A stretch of 64,000 nucleotides of DNA from Blastocladiella emersonii ATCC 22665 (GCA_025594325.1 JANHCV010000003.1:1922001-1986000), one strand, 5' to 3'; numbered from the stretch's first letter, positions 1-12,123 are shown. Notes: a model not told the origin generated them from the sequence alone. Numbers and translations: made by a program.

Positions 1-1461
1 TCCGCGCGGGACTCGTCACGGCGGCCGCGTGCATGGGCCGGAGCCCCGGCGGCGGTTTCGCAACCGACTTGCGCACCATGTCGCGGGCGAGCGCGGGCGC
101 GCCGGCGCGCAGGTCGAGGAACGGCGCGCCGGTGGTCTCCAGTACCCAGCGCGCGAGCCACGCGCGGAACGGCTCGCCGAGCACGGTGGCCGAGCCCGGG
201 AACAGGCGGAAGTGGAACATGGCGCGCGACAGGCCGCACCACGGGCGCACGTGCGCGAACAGGGTGAACATGGGGTCGGTCGGGAGCGGGCTCGTCGGCG
301 GGCCCGCCGCGTCCGGGTCCTCGGCGGACGAGGGCGGCGGGGTCGGAATGCGCGTAGTGGCGAGCAGGCGGTGCAGGAGCGAGGTCCACGTTTGGACAGA
401 CTCGGCGAGCGTGATCCACTGCACGGTGCGCGGCGGCGAGTGGGTGAAGAGCTTGACGAGAGCGCGCGGGTTGAACCCGAGGTGCCAGCTGCGCTTGGCG
501 TCGGCCTCCTGCGCGGCGGCCAGGGCGGCCTTGGCGTCCGCGTCGACGGGTGGCTGTGCCGGCGGGCGCGTCCATGCCGCGGCGGGGAGCAGATCGGCGA
601 GCATCGATTCGTGGAGAACGAGTCCCTCGATGCACTCGAGTGCGATCTCGAGGTGCTCGGCGGCCACGTCAAACTTGCGGTCGACGAGGGCCTTGAAGGC
701 GGTGAGCCAGGCGCGCTGCAGCTCGACGAGCGGGTGGATCACGTCCGCGACGAGCGCCTGGTCCTGCGCGGCCGCGTCGCCGTCTACCGCGCCCATGCCT
801 CCGGCGTTGATGAGGTACTCGAGCATCTCGGCCGTGGTACGGAGCTCGCCGAGCACCGTGGCGTCGGGGGTATGGTCGAGCAGGTCGAGCGCGGCGCGGT
901 CCGTGTAAAAGTCCTCCTCCTCGTAAATCCCGATATCGTAGACGGTGCGCACGACGTGGTGCGACGCGCGCAGTGCGCCGCGGACGAACGAGCGCAGGGC
1001 GAGCGAGTGCGCGGACCCGCCCGACGGCAGGCCGGCGGCGGCGTGGCGCGCGTAGACCGAGTTGAAGAGCGTGCCGCTCAGGGCGCCCGACCCGCCGAGA
1101 AACGTGGCCTGGGCGCGGAACAGCTCGAGCAGCGTGGCGGCGGTCTCGCGGACGGAAAGCGACGGCAGGCGCGCGACAAAGGCGGCGTCGTGCGGCGGCT
1201 CACGCGCGTCCGACGGCAGGGCCATGCCCGAGTCCATCTTCGGACTCATGATCTCGATGGCCAGCATGGCGTCGTACAGCAGCAGCGAGTCGGAGCGCAC
1301 CAGCTCGCCGACGTCGAGCTCTACACGAGGGCACGGCGTGAGCGAGGGGCGGTGGGGCCGAGGATCAGGCGTGAGCCGTGTGCCGTACCGCTGGTGGTGG
1401 CCACGAGCCAGTCGGTCGCGTCGACAAAGGCGCTGCCGGGTTTCGCGAGCTTGGGCGGCAT
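1..1461 (-). CDS. NAA35: NatC auxiliary subunit NAA35/Mak10 (5' part; runs off the left edge)
   Basis: ATG at 1461 (MPPKLAKPGSAFVDATDWLV), GT-AG intron 1321-1388, then ELDVGELVRSDSLLLYDAMLAIEIMSPKMDSGM, matching the Mak10 N-terminal signature (L.DAM.A.EIM.PKMDSGM). The frame continues with VYDIGIYEEEDF and GFNPR and stays open to position 1. Not listed in the supplied ORF track. Confidence 0.8.
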
Positions 1462-1805
1462 CTTGGTGTCGGTTCACGGGTGGCAGAGATGCATGTGCGC
1501 CGACGAGCGGGGCAGCGTTAGACTCTCGGGGGAGAGAGGAAGCGCGGCCCTGTTGACGGCGGGTCGTCGGCGCGCGGAGACGCGAACGGCCAAAACGCGT
1601 TTCACTGATTTGCAGTGCCCACGTGAGCGGTTTTATGAGCTGGTTTTCGGTCGGAGCAGCCTGTTCGTCGCGCTCGTCATCTCCCTCTGCGCTGATCGCG
1701 TCCTCTGCCAGACTGCACCGCTGCAGCCCACGTATCACTCGCTGCAACGCGGCCGCATCACATCGGCAGACACAAGTGAGACGCGTCCGCGCCTGTATCA
1801 CCACC

Positions 1806-4151
1806 ATGTATCGAGCCCCTGCCGCGGCCAACCCGTTCGCGGGCCCGGCCGCCACCACCACGGCCACTGCCGCCAGAGCGCCGGCGTGGTCCTACGGCAC
1901 CAGTGCTATGCCCACCGGCCCCGCGGCACCCATCACGTCCGCAGTCCCCGTGGCCAAGGCGGCGGCCAAGCCCGCGCGGTCCGGCTTTGCGCGCACGGCG
2001 GGCGCGCTGCTCAACCGCGACCTGCTCGTCTTTGCCTCGGCGACGCTGTGGCTGCTCATCCACCTGGCGCGCTCCACGCTCGCCGTCTTCCAGCGTGCGT
2101 TCCCTCACCCTCGTTCGACGCGCCCCGCATCTAACTTTGCCGGACGTGTAGCCAACTCGGGCGTCATCCCGCCCACTTTCTACTCGCCGCTGTCGTGGCT
2201 GTCGACCACGTCCGTGTGGCTGTTTGCCGTGGTCCCGCTCGTCCTGTGGAAGCGGCACTCGTACCGCGCGCGGCCCTCGCCGCCCCCGCGCCCGTCGTGG
2301 ATGCTGCTCGCCCTCACCGAGAATGACGCCGTTGCCTCGTTCTTCGCCTACTGGCTCTCGTCGTTTGTCGTCGTGCACACGCTCACCAGCGGGTTCGCCG
2401 GGCTCTGGACTCTGCGCGATGCCAGGTGCGTTTCTTGTCGTCTCAGCTGCTGCCCCCCGACCAGACTGACGCTCTCGTCCAAATATAGCGGCGCGCTCAA
2501 CCCCAACTTTGTCGACGTGCACCTCGCGCTGGTCCTCGGCGTCGTCTTCTTCCAGGCCCCGCGCCTCGTCATGAACGCGGGCGGCAAGATGCCCGAGTTC
2601 CCGTCCACCTCGGAGCGCGGCATCCTGTGGTTCCTCTCGGCCCTCCTCACCATCGGGCAGCGCGTCGTCCACCGCGCCCCGTTCGTCGCCCTCTTTGTCT
2701 GCACCAGCTGGGCCGCCGTGCACACGGTCGCGACGCCGTTCCTGCAGTCCGCGGGCAGCCTGCTCCTCCCGCGCACCGCGCCGTACGCGTGGACGTGGAC
2801 CGCGGTCCTGGCGCACCTCGCGAGCCCCGTGGTCGTGCTCGCGCTGGTCCTGATCCAGCTCGTCCTGCACACGCTGTGGGTCGCTGTAGATGTGGTGTGC
2901 GACGGGTTTGCCACCACCAACTTTGTCGTGGCGGCCAAGTCCAACGCCGAGCTCGTCGAGGGCCTGCTCCTCGCCGACAAGCCCCTGCTGCAGCACCACG
3001 CGTTCCTCGAGCTCACCACCACCGTCGCCAACGACAAGGACCGCCGCCTCACCGTGTACCGCGAGCAGCCCGATGTGGCCACCTGGTCCAAGATCTGCGA
3101 CGCGTCGCTCCGCGCCATCGACGAGTTTGCCGCCTGCCTCGACGAGTTTGTCTCGCCCATCACGTTTGCCGCCGCGCAGCCGCTCGAGGTCTCTGCCTCG
3201 GACGCCGCGGCGAGCAGCTACGTGGGCGCGGCCTCGGGTGTCGCGGACCGCGAGATGGCCGACTTTGACAAGCTCATCAAGCCCGCGCCCCCCGCCAACA
3301 AGTGGATCTCGGCCGCCGGCACCGTGTACGACGGGTACCTCGTCCCGTTCGGCCAGTGTGTCGCCAGCATCGTGCACTCCGCCACGCCGGCGCCCGCCGG
3401 TGATGCGCCCGTGCCGACGGGTCCCGTCGTCCCGCCGCGGCCCGGGTTCACGTGGGCGACTGAGCCCGCTGCTACGAGCACCGTTTCCGTTGCCGCGCCT
3501 GTGGCGATCGTCAAGCCCAAGGAAACCGAGTCGCGGTCCATCACGTCCATGATCCCGTCGTCCCTCTTCCCGCGGCTCTCGCGCTGGCTCCCGACGCGGC
3601 TCGCGGCGCATTGCGGGCACTTCCACGCGGCGGTGCGCATGACGGCGCTGACGTCCGACTACCAGGTGGCCATGTGGGCGGCAGTCTCAGTGGCGCAGCT
3701 CGCGGTGCACTCCAAGGTCGAGGACCCGTACGGGCTCGTGTACCCGGACCTGGCGCGGATCCTGACGTCGCTGCTGCGGGTGATCGAGCTCACGGCGCCC
3801 GTCATGGCCGCGACGCCCGCGTGGACGTGGCGGCGCGACCTCGTCGACGCCCTCCCCGCGGCGTACGCCGAGGCGTGGGTGCACGTCGAGAAGGCCGGGT
3901 GGTCGAGCGCGGCGGTGCAGAATGCGCTGCTCACGTCGTCGACCGTGCGGGAGTTCGCGCTACAGAAGCGCGACGCCGACGACCTCGCGCACCGGCGCGT
4001 CCGCCGCGTCCTCCTCGTCCACGACGCGGCCGTCGCCGCCGTCACGGGCATCCACGCCCGGTTCCCCGGGTACCTCGCGCGCACCGTCCTCCCGCAGCTC
4101 GCCGACAAGGAGCGCGCGCGCGCCCGCGAGGTGCTCCGGCTCGACCGGTGA
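1806..4151 (+). CDS. NDC1: Transmembrane nucleoporin Ndc1
   Basis: N-terminal multi-TM region, then QHHAFLEL...DRRLTVY and a C-terminal AVSVAQLAVHSKVEDPYGLVYPDLARILTSLL motif resembling Ndc1 S..ED.YG.V..D+..IL..L. Predicted introns 2095-2151 and 2426-2488. Confidence 0.75.
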   Translation: MYRAPAAANPFAGPAATTTATAARAPAWSYGTSAMPTGPAAPITSAVPVAKAAAKPARSGFARTAGALLNRDLLVFASATLWLLIHLARSTLAVFQRAFPHPRSTRPASNFAGRVANSGVIPPTFYSPLSWLSTTSVWLFAVVPLVLWKRHSYRARPSPPPRPSWMLLALTENDAVASFFAYWLSSFVVVHTLTSGFAGLWTLRDARCVSCRLSCCPPTRLTLSSKYSGALNPNFVDVHLALVLGVVFFQAPRLVMNAGGKMPEFPSTSERGILWFLSALLTIGQRVVHRAPFVALFVCTSWAAVHTVATPFLQSAGSLLLPRTAPYAWTWTAVLAHLASPVVVLALVLIQLVLHTLWVAVDVVCDGFATTNFVVAAKSNAELVEGLLLADKPLLQHHAFLELTTTVANDKDRRLTVYREQPDVATWSKICDASLRAIDEFAACLDEFVSPITFAAAQPLEVSASDAAASSYVGAASGVADREMADFDKLIKPAPPANKWISAAGTVYDGYLVPFGQCVASIVHSATPAPAGDAPVPTGPVVPPRPGFTWATEPAATSTVSVAAPVAIVKPKETESRSITSMIPSSLFPRLSRWLPTRLAAHCGHFHAAVRMTALTSDYQVAMWAAVSVAQLAVHSKVEDPYGLVYPDLARILTSLLRVIELTAPVMAATPAWTWRRDLVDALPAAYAEAWVHVEKAGWSSAAVQNALLTSSTVREFALQKRDADDLAHRRVRRVLLVHDAAVAAVTGIHARFPGYLARTVLPQLADKERARAREVLRLDR

Positions 4152-4590
4152 TGTCCTCCGTATTTACTCTTGATCAACCAACCCAACACAGCTAGTTTTT
4201 TAATCCGTTGTGACGCGTGAGAACGCGAGCGGAGCCAAGTGGGAGACACTGCATCATCCTCGCGGTCAGGTGAGGCGGCGTGACGGCTGAGAACGGGGGG
4301 CAGCATCTCCCACGCGGCGCGCGCCCAGAGTATTACGCTGCCCCCCGCCGCGCGTATCACCCTCGCGCCCCTCTCCTCTCTCCCTTCCTGCTGCCGAGCG
4401 CTCCGACCGAGGAGACCCTCGCAGCGCCCTGATCGCCGCGTCCCGCCCCCCGTCCCGCAGCCCGACGCGCGCGCCGCGCCATCCGATCGGGCGCTCAGTG
4501 TCCCACACTGTCTCCCCGCTCTCAACGTACGCGTTTCTCATGTTCTCCGGGGCTACCCGTGCTGATACGCGCCCACACGACGTCTAGACC

Positions 4591-7500
4591 ATGTCCGCCG
4601 ACCCCGGGCGGCCCGCGCCGTCGCTGCCCGGCCACGGCTACGCGTCGCCGTCGTCGCTGCCCTCCTCGGCCGCGGGTAGCGGCGCCGCGCCCGGCCCGTC
4701 GCTCGAGCTCGCGTCCGACCAGGCGTCGCTGCTGCCGTCGGCCATCGACCCGCCGCCGCACATCGACTTCCACCACGGCCACCACCATCAACCGCACGCG
4801 CACGCGCTCGCGCCCCTCGCGCCGCCCAACCCGTACCTGACCGGCGGCTACGCGCTGCCGCCGCCGCCGATGCCCTTCAACCATCACCACCCGACCTCGA
4901 CGCCTTATAGCAGCAGCGCCGCGCTCACGGCGCCGCCCTCGTCAACTGGCGGCTCCCTCGCGCGTCTGACCCCGTCGTCCTTGCTCCCACCACCCGCGCC
5001 CCCTGCGGCCCCGGCCCCGACCCCGCTCGCTACGGGCCCCGCCGCGGCGCTGCACATGCACTACCTGACGACGAGCTTCATGGCGGCGCAGGCCGCGCAG
5101 GCCCAGGCCGTGCACACGCACGCGTCGTCGTACATGGCGACCGACCGCATGCAGCCGAACCTGTACGCTGCTGCCGCCGCGGCGGCTGCGGCTGCTGCTG
5201 CTGCTGCGGCAGCGGGCACGCCGTACCCGGGCCTCCCCGCTCCTGGTCTCGCGCCGTACTCGCTCGCGTTCCCCGGTGCCGCCGCCGCGATGGGGTCGTC
5301 GTACGCGATGCCGACGGCCGCGGCGGCGGCGGCGATGGCCGCGATGCGGATGCCGATGATCCAGCCGCCGACGTCGACGGCGGGGGCCGCGAGCGCGGTC
5401 GGGATGCCGCAGTTCCACCACCACCAGAACGCGCCGGCTTCGTCATCGACGTCGAGCGCGACGGGCGCGTACGACGCGGGGTCGGTCAGCATCTTCGATC
5501 CGGCAGCGGCCGCAGCAGCCGCGGCGAGTCTTGCGCTCGGGATCCAGCAGCAGCACACGCCCATGCTCCCGCCGCCCCTGCCGGCGACGTCCAACGCGGC
5601 GGCGGTCTTCGCGGCATCCACCGCGCCGGCGAGTAGTAGTGGCTGGGCGCCGATGCCGGTGCCGATCTCGCCACCAGTCGTTGCCTCGATGTCGGCCCGC
5701 AGCAGCTCCTTCGCCGCGCCGGCGCCCGTGTCGGCCGCAAGCAGCAGCAGCGCGTTCGCCCCGCTGCGCGCCACGACGTGTCCGCCGCTCCCGCTGCCGG
5801 CACGCCCGCACTCGGCCCCGCTGTTCCCGCCCGCGTCCATGGCGGCAGGCGTCGTGACCGCGAGTCGCCCGCTCTCGAGCGCGGGGATCCGGATACCTCC
5901 ACCACCACCGGCGACTACACCGGCTGCTTCCCACCCGCTCTCGACTGCCACCTCGTCGCTCCCACTCTCGGCTCCCGTCGCGGCATCCTCACTCCCCCTC
6001 GCGGCGCCGGCCGTCGTCCCGCCGCACCCGACCACGGTCGTGCACACGAACCCCGTCGCCTCCTCCTCGTCGCTGCCGCCGTCATTCCCGCACCCGCTCA
6101 ACCCGAACCTGAGCCTCGGCCTCTCTACGCCCGCCGCGTCCGGGTCTGGGAGCCCGGCCTCGGGTATCGTGGCGTCCGCCCCGGCGACCACCGCCGCTGC
6201 CGCTGCCGCCCAGTCGCGCCTGGTTTCGCCACCACCACCACCGCCTCCCGCACCAGCGGCGCCGGCGCAGCCGCAGCCTCATTCGCATCCGCCTCGGTTC
6301 CGCCCCATCGCCGCGCGCCCGCTGCCGCCCGGCTCGGCCGCGCCCGCGAGCAACTCGCTCGCGCCGCTGCTAAGCCCGACCTCGGCTGCCGCCCTCCCGA
6401 TCAAGGTGCCGCTGCCGTACGTGCCCCCGGCGCCCGGCCTGGTTCCGCCGCCGTACGCGCCGCCGGTCGTGGCGCAGCGACAGCAGCAGCAGCAACAAGA
6501 GCAGCGGCAGCAACAGCAGCAACAGCAGCAGCAACAAGTGCAGCAGCAGGTCGGTAGTGTCGCCGAGGCGCTGTCCCTCGCCGACGCGCGGCTGCAGCAG
6601 GAGCCGCCGCCGGCGCAGCACTCGCACCCGGCCAGCCCGCTTCTCTCGCTGTCGCACGCGGCGACGCCGTACTCGGCCCCGCTCACCGCCGGGGACGCGA
6701 CGCCGCCCGAACCCGAGCCCGACTCGGCGGCGGCAACAACGTCCGATGCGTCGGCGCTCCCCGCCTCCGTCCCCGCGAGCGCTGGAATGCGCAAGCTGTC
6801 GCGGATGCTCGCCGAGCACGAGGCGCGCATCGACCTGTCGGTGCTGCGGCACCAGGCGGGCGACGGGCGGTACCGCAAGCAGCAGCGGTTCCAGCGCACC
6901 GTCGAGGCAGTCCAGGCCATTGTCCACGGCAAGCTGTACAAGGCCAAGTTCTCGTCCCTCGAGACGTACTTCCGCGCGCAGTGGCGCATCTCGCGCGCCC
7001 AGGTGTACCGGTTCCTCGACTGTGCCGTCATCTTACGGGTACGCGCGTGCTGGTGGTGAGGGATGCGATGGGGTGGTTCGAGCGCTCATCACGTTGCGCG
7101 TGTAGGAACTCGCCGACTTCCCCGAGACCCCGACGCGCGAGCGGCTGTGCCGGTCGCTCAAAAAGCTGACCAAGAGCAAGCTCAACCGGCGCATCCTCTG
7201 GCAGGCGGTTCTCGACCGGTTCGGCGCCGAGGAGCGCGACTCGGTGACCTCGACCGCGCTGGGCGCCGTCTGGAAGTGCCTGGTCAAGGAGGGCCGCGTC
7301 GACCCGAACGCCCGCGCCGCCGAGGAGGACGGCTCGGACCTCGACTACGACGACCTCGCCGCGGCCGCCGCCGTCTCGGCCGCGTCCGCCATCGGGCACC
7401 ACCACGCGACCTCGTCGTCAGCGACCTCGGTCGTCACGTCGCCGTACTCGGCCACGCTCCCCGGAAGCGAGGTCGTGTCGCCCGAGTCGCGCACCTCGCT

Positions 7501-9025
7501 CAAGCGCCCGTTCCCTGGCGGCTCGCCCGGCATGAGCGACGCCGAGGACGACGACGGCGGTTTTGTCGGTGGCGCTGACGACGACGAGTTTCGCCCGTCG
7601 CCGCACTCGCACCCGCACCACGCGGTTCCCGGCGGTTTCCGCGCCGCCGGCCCCTCGTCCCGCACGCGCCTCCGCAAGGTCTCCCGCACGGCGGCCCGCG
7701 ACTCGCTCCCCGAATCGCCCTACTCGGGGCCGCTGCACCACGGCCACGGCCACGGACACGGACATGACCACGCTCACGCGCACATCCACCACCCGCTCGG
7801 CCTCGGGCTCGCGCTCGGTCTGAGTCTCGCCAACACGCAGATAGGCGCCCCGCCGGCGGGCGCGGGCGACGAGAGCGGCGACGACGATGCGCCGCCGCTG
7901 TCCCCGCTCAACGTGCGCGGGCGGTCGTTTAGCGACGACGACGAGGACGAGGGGGATGAGGCCGAGTCGCAGCTCATGTCGCCCGTGTCCGCGACGAGCG
8001 GAATGGCCGCGCTCGCCGCCGAAGCCGCGCGCGCGCGGTCCGCGAGCGCCGCGGACGCACTTGCCGCCGCCGCTCCCGCCCAGAGCGCCATGCCGCGCCG
8101 CGGCTCGTACCCCGCCCTCGTCCCGCCCCCGCCACCGCCTGCGCTCCCGCCCCCGCCGCCCCCGGCCCCGCGGCACCGCGTGACGGCGACCATCCGCCGC
8201 CCTCCCCCGCCACCGCTCCCGCTCCCGCCCCCGCCCGTCATCACGCCGCACGCCGACGCGCCCGCCGGCGTCTTCAACACGCTCGTCGACGTGCAGCGCC
8301 TGTACAGCCACGGATTCGCCCTGCAGCCGCGGATCAACGGCGAGTGGTTCACGGACACGATCGAGCAGTGGCGACTCGTCCGCGTCCCCGCTGTCCCGCC
8401 GCCGACGTCGTCGGTGCCGTCGAGCGCTGCGGCGACGCCGCGCCGTGTCGCTGGGGTACCGCCGCCGCTCGTGCCACCGCCGCCACCGGCGCCAGCGGTG
8501 CAGCAGCAGCAGCAGCCGAGGGTCACGGCCGCGGACCTGCTTCTCGCGCCTGATGCGGACGAGGCTGCGGCCGAGGTTCTCGCGGCCGCGACGACGCTCG
8601 CGGGCGGGGTCCGGAACGCGGCGTACCCCGCGCAGCAGCCGGCGGTCGCGTCGCCGTTCACGCCCGCCCTCGTCGAGCCGTGCGCCCCCGTCGCGACGGT
8701 CGAGGAGGGCGCGCTCGCGCTCGAGCGGCTCCGCGCGGCTGCTGCTGCAGCCTCGTCTTCCTCGCCGGCGGCACCGCAGCGTAACGACGAGTTTGGCGCG
8801 AGCCCGATCGCGACGCTCGTCCGCGCCATCCAGAACCCGCTCGCGCAGCTCACGTCCGCTGCCGCCGCCGCCGAGAGCGTGGTGTCGTCGCCGGCGCCCG
8901 CGCACGTCGACGGGATGGGCACCGCCGCGATGGTCGTCGACCACGATGAAGCGGCAGCCGCCGCGGCGGCGGTCGTTGGGATGTTTCTCGCTGACGCGGC
9001 GCGGGGTACCGGTGTGGAGACCTGA
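4591..9025 (+). CDS. Large Pro/Ala/Gln low-complexity protein with one compact HTH-like domain (putative DNA-binding regulator)
   Basis: ORF 4591-7038 joins ORF 7106-9025 through a 67-nt GT-AG intron (7039-7105), giving a continuous globular segment KLYKAKFSSLETYFRAQWRISRAQVYRFLDCAVILRELADFPETPTRERLCRSLKKL. A candidate 5'UTR intron lies at about 4527-4588. Confidence 0.75.
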
Positions 9026-9093
9026 GCGAGCATAATGGCACACGCACTGTAAATATTTACCACCAGCGATTTCATCTCATCTCACAGTACAGT

Positions 9094-12000
9094 CTAGCAC
9101 AGGTGCTCGTCGAGCGTCGCGGTCCCCGCCGCCGCGGCCGTGGTGACGACAGCCGCAGGCACCGCCGACTCGGCCTCGCCGTCAGGCACCGGCGACGTGC
9201 GGTACCGCCCGAGCGAGAGACTCATCAGTCGGCCCGCCGTCGGCACCGGGGCGCTCGCCGGGTGCGTTGAGATGGCGCTCGGCCACGCGGCCTCCGGGTG
9301 GTGCAGCGTCGAGCTCGGGCTGCCCGCGCGCGACTTGGCTCCTCCGCTCCCCTCGAGCCCGAACGCGCTGCGGATCGCCGCGACCCATTCGTCCGCCTCG
9401 GCCGCGGACGTCGCGCGGACCATCAGGGTCACGCCGTCGAGGTTGATCAGCAGGCACGCGGGTGAAGGGACCGCGAGGTGCGCGCTGCGCGGGTACACGC
9501 GAGCGGCGGCGCGGACGCGGGTGTACACGAGGCCGGTTGAAGACTGTAGGAGATGATCAAGGGTTAGTGAGAGACCAGCGAGTGGAGATGGAGGGGCGTA
9601 CCTTCTCTGCCGGGAACGTGAACTGCAGCGACGGGGTCGGGTTGAAGAGCAGCGCGACGTTGACGGTGCGCCAACGCCGGAACAGGCTGCCCATCTGGCG
9701 CAGTGCGAGGCCGGTGCCTGTACGGATCATCTAGAGACGTAATTGAGGTCAGTGCATGCGCCGCGAGGATCAACAAGACAAGTACCGGGTCGGCGGTCGA
9801 AACCGAGCCGCTACCCGTCTTGCCGCTGGCCACGCTCCCGCTCAGCGTCTCGGTTCCGCTGCCAAACTCGGGCACGGCCATCTGGCGCGCGAGAATCGTT
9901 GCCGACCCAGCACTCGCGATCGCCGCCTTGGCGTCGAGCCCGCCGGGGAGGATTTGCTGCGACGCGGGCGTGGGCAGCGGCGCCGCCGCGTACATGGCGG
10001 CGAGGACAGGCCGCGCGACGACCTCGACGAGCACGCTGCCGGTGCCGAACACGATGCCGAAGATCTTGAACACGAGCGGGATCCGGAGCTCAAAGTTGTA
10101 CGGCAGCGGGAGCGGGACGACGATGAAGCATGCGCCGGCCATGCGCGACACAGCGACGGCGAGCGCGCGCGACTCGTTGGTCGCCGTCGGGATGCCGTGC
10201 CCCTTGACGGCGACCACGATCGCCACGAGGATCAGGACCCCGTGGAACGCGGACAGCAGCGCGGTCGTCGCCACGGCCGCCGGCGTGTACACGGCGGGCC
10301 CGCACGCGAACCCGACCGTCCACAGCGACAGGTCGCTGCGGATCGCGACCGGCTCGTTCGTGTACGTCCACAGCGCAATCAGCGCCGCGTCGGTCGCGAT
10401 CACGGCGCCGGCCCGGACGCAGAAGTCGCGCGCGCGCATCGTCGTTGGCGTGAACGGGCGCGACCCCGCCGCGAGAATGATCGGCAGCGACTTGACCGTG
10501 CACGACGCCAGGATCGTGCAGATCCCGAGCGCGAGCGTGTACACGCGCGCCGTGCACACGCCCGAGTCCGGGAACATGATCTCGGGCAGGATCGCGAACG
10601 CGTGTAGCCCCGCGCCCGTCGCGCTCAGAACCAGGAACGCCGGCGACGCCGCCTTGATGACAAAGTGGTGCCGGTGCCACGCGACCAGCGCGATGAGGAT
10701 GGCGGCGGCGGCCACGATCGGCGCGCCGAAGGCGACGAACAGGATGCCGTACGGGTCAGCGAGGTCGGCCTGGTCGAGCGTCTTGACTACACACGGGCGC
10801 GGTACGGGTCAGCGTTGCACAAGAGAACGAGGGCGTGCAAGGTACCGTAGTCGGGCGGCGGGGGCGGGATCCACTTGGACCACCGTGCCTCGTTCCCGCG
10901 GATCCACGCGCACGTCGCTTGACGGACACTCGATGCCGACGCGTTCAACATGAGCCCCATGATCTCCGAGTCGCGCAGTGAGACCGCGCGGAGGAACGTT
11001 GCGGTGTTCGGGTTCTCGCGGTCGAAGCCCGCGGGCGCCGTCTTGAGCGGCTGCTGGGTATCGTCCCAGTCGCACTCGAGCTTGTTGCCCGCGACGCCAA
11101 CCTTGGCCGGGTCAAACTGCGCCGTGCAGTCGGGCGAGTACGCAGGCAGCCGGACGCAGAGCAGGTCGCTGGCGGAGGGCTGAAGCGCGGGCTGGGTGTT
11201 GTGGAAGAGACACGCCGACCGGTCCTGCCCGACGCATTCGGACACTGCGGTCGAGTGCCGGTCACCGAGGTACACGACCACGAGCTTGAGGCCGAGGCTG
11301 ACGATGCGCTGCTCGTTGACGCCGCGGTTGTCCTCGGGGCTCGTGTGCTACGGGAGAGCAAGTCAGCAACAAGGACAGAGGGCGGCCGGGTCGGAGCGTA
11401 CCCAGAACTCTTTGCAGTCCGACATCAGGTCTCCTTGACACTGCGGCGGGACAAAAGTGCCGTCGCGACAGTACGGGTACGTCTTAGAGTCGCACAGCCA
11501 CGAGCCGTCCTGGGTCTTGGCCGGCTGCGTCGTACCCGCCGGCGGAAGCAGCGCAAGCACCTCGGGTTTTGTGAACGGCTTCCACGACTCGAGCACAAGT
11601 CCGGGAAGTCGATCGGTGACCTTGCGGTTGATGAACCATCCCGTTCGACCGGCGTAGCCGATCATGCCGAGGTCCTCGACGGATGTCGTGCGCCGAGTCG
11701 CCGACGAGAGGTTGATGCGCGACCAGTCCTCGAGGTTCGGGCGCGACCGACTTGAGCCCGAGTCCCGCGACGGCCCAGGAAGTTGGGCGAGCGAGGTGCG
11801 GGCGCCCATCACTTCCTGCAGCAACGTTGCCGCGATGGTGGTCGTGAGCTGCGCGCTAGGCGGGTTCAAGGGTTTAGTGGTCGCGATCTGAGCGGATTAT
11901 CGCGAGAGGCGAACCTTGGCCATGCGCCATGGTCAAACTCGACGCTGCGGAGCTGGTTGACGAAGAGCCGTCCCGGGTTGGCCGCAGCCCGTAAGAGCGG

Positions 12001-12123
12001 TCCCGTCCATCCATACTTGTCCGCTATAGCCGCAGAGACGCAGCTCGACGGCGACTGTGCAACGACTGCCGGAGCTAGCCACGCCAATATGATAACGCAA
12101 GTGATCAGAGTGAACTGCTGCAT
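9094..12123 (-). CDS. Class C (GABA-B-like) 7TM receptor with an N-terminal glycine-betaine-type periplasmic-binding domain and a C-terminal PH-like domain
   Basis: Signal peptide MQQFTLITCVIILAWLAPAVVAQ. The spliced ectodomain has WPSAQLTTTIAATLLQEVMG, GYAGRTGWF, EQRIVSLGLKLVVVYLG and QATCAWIRGNEARWSKWIP. The 7TM region starts with VIKAASPAFL. The tail includes FRRWRTVNVALLF and TLMVRATSAAEADEWVAAIRSAF. Several canonical introns keep the frame. Confidence 0.75.

Noticed and set aside
5160-6550. GCN and CAG trinucleotide runs as separate repeat elements
   Set aside because: They encode poly-Ala and poly-Gln tracts, which are common throughout this genome's proteins.
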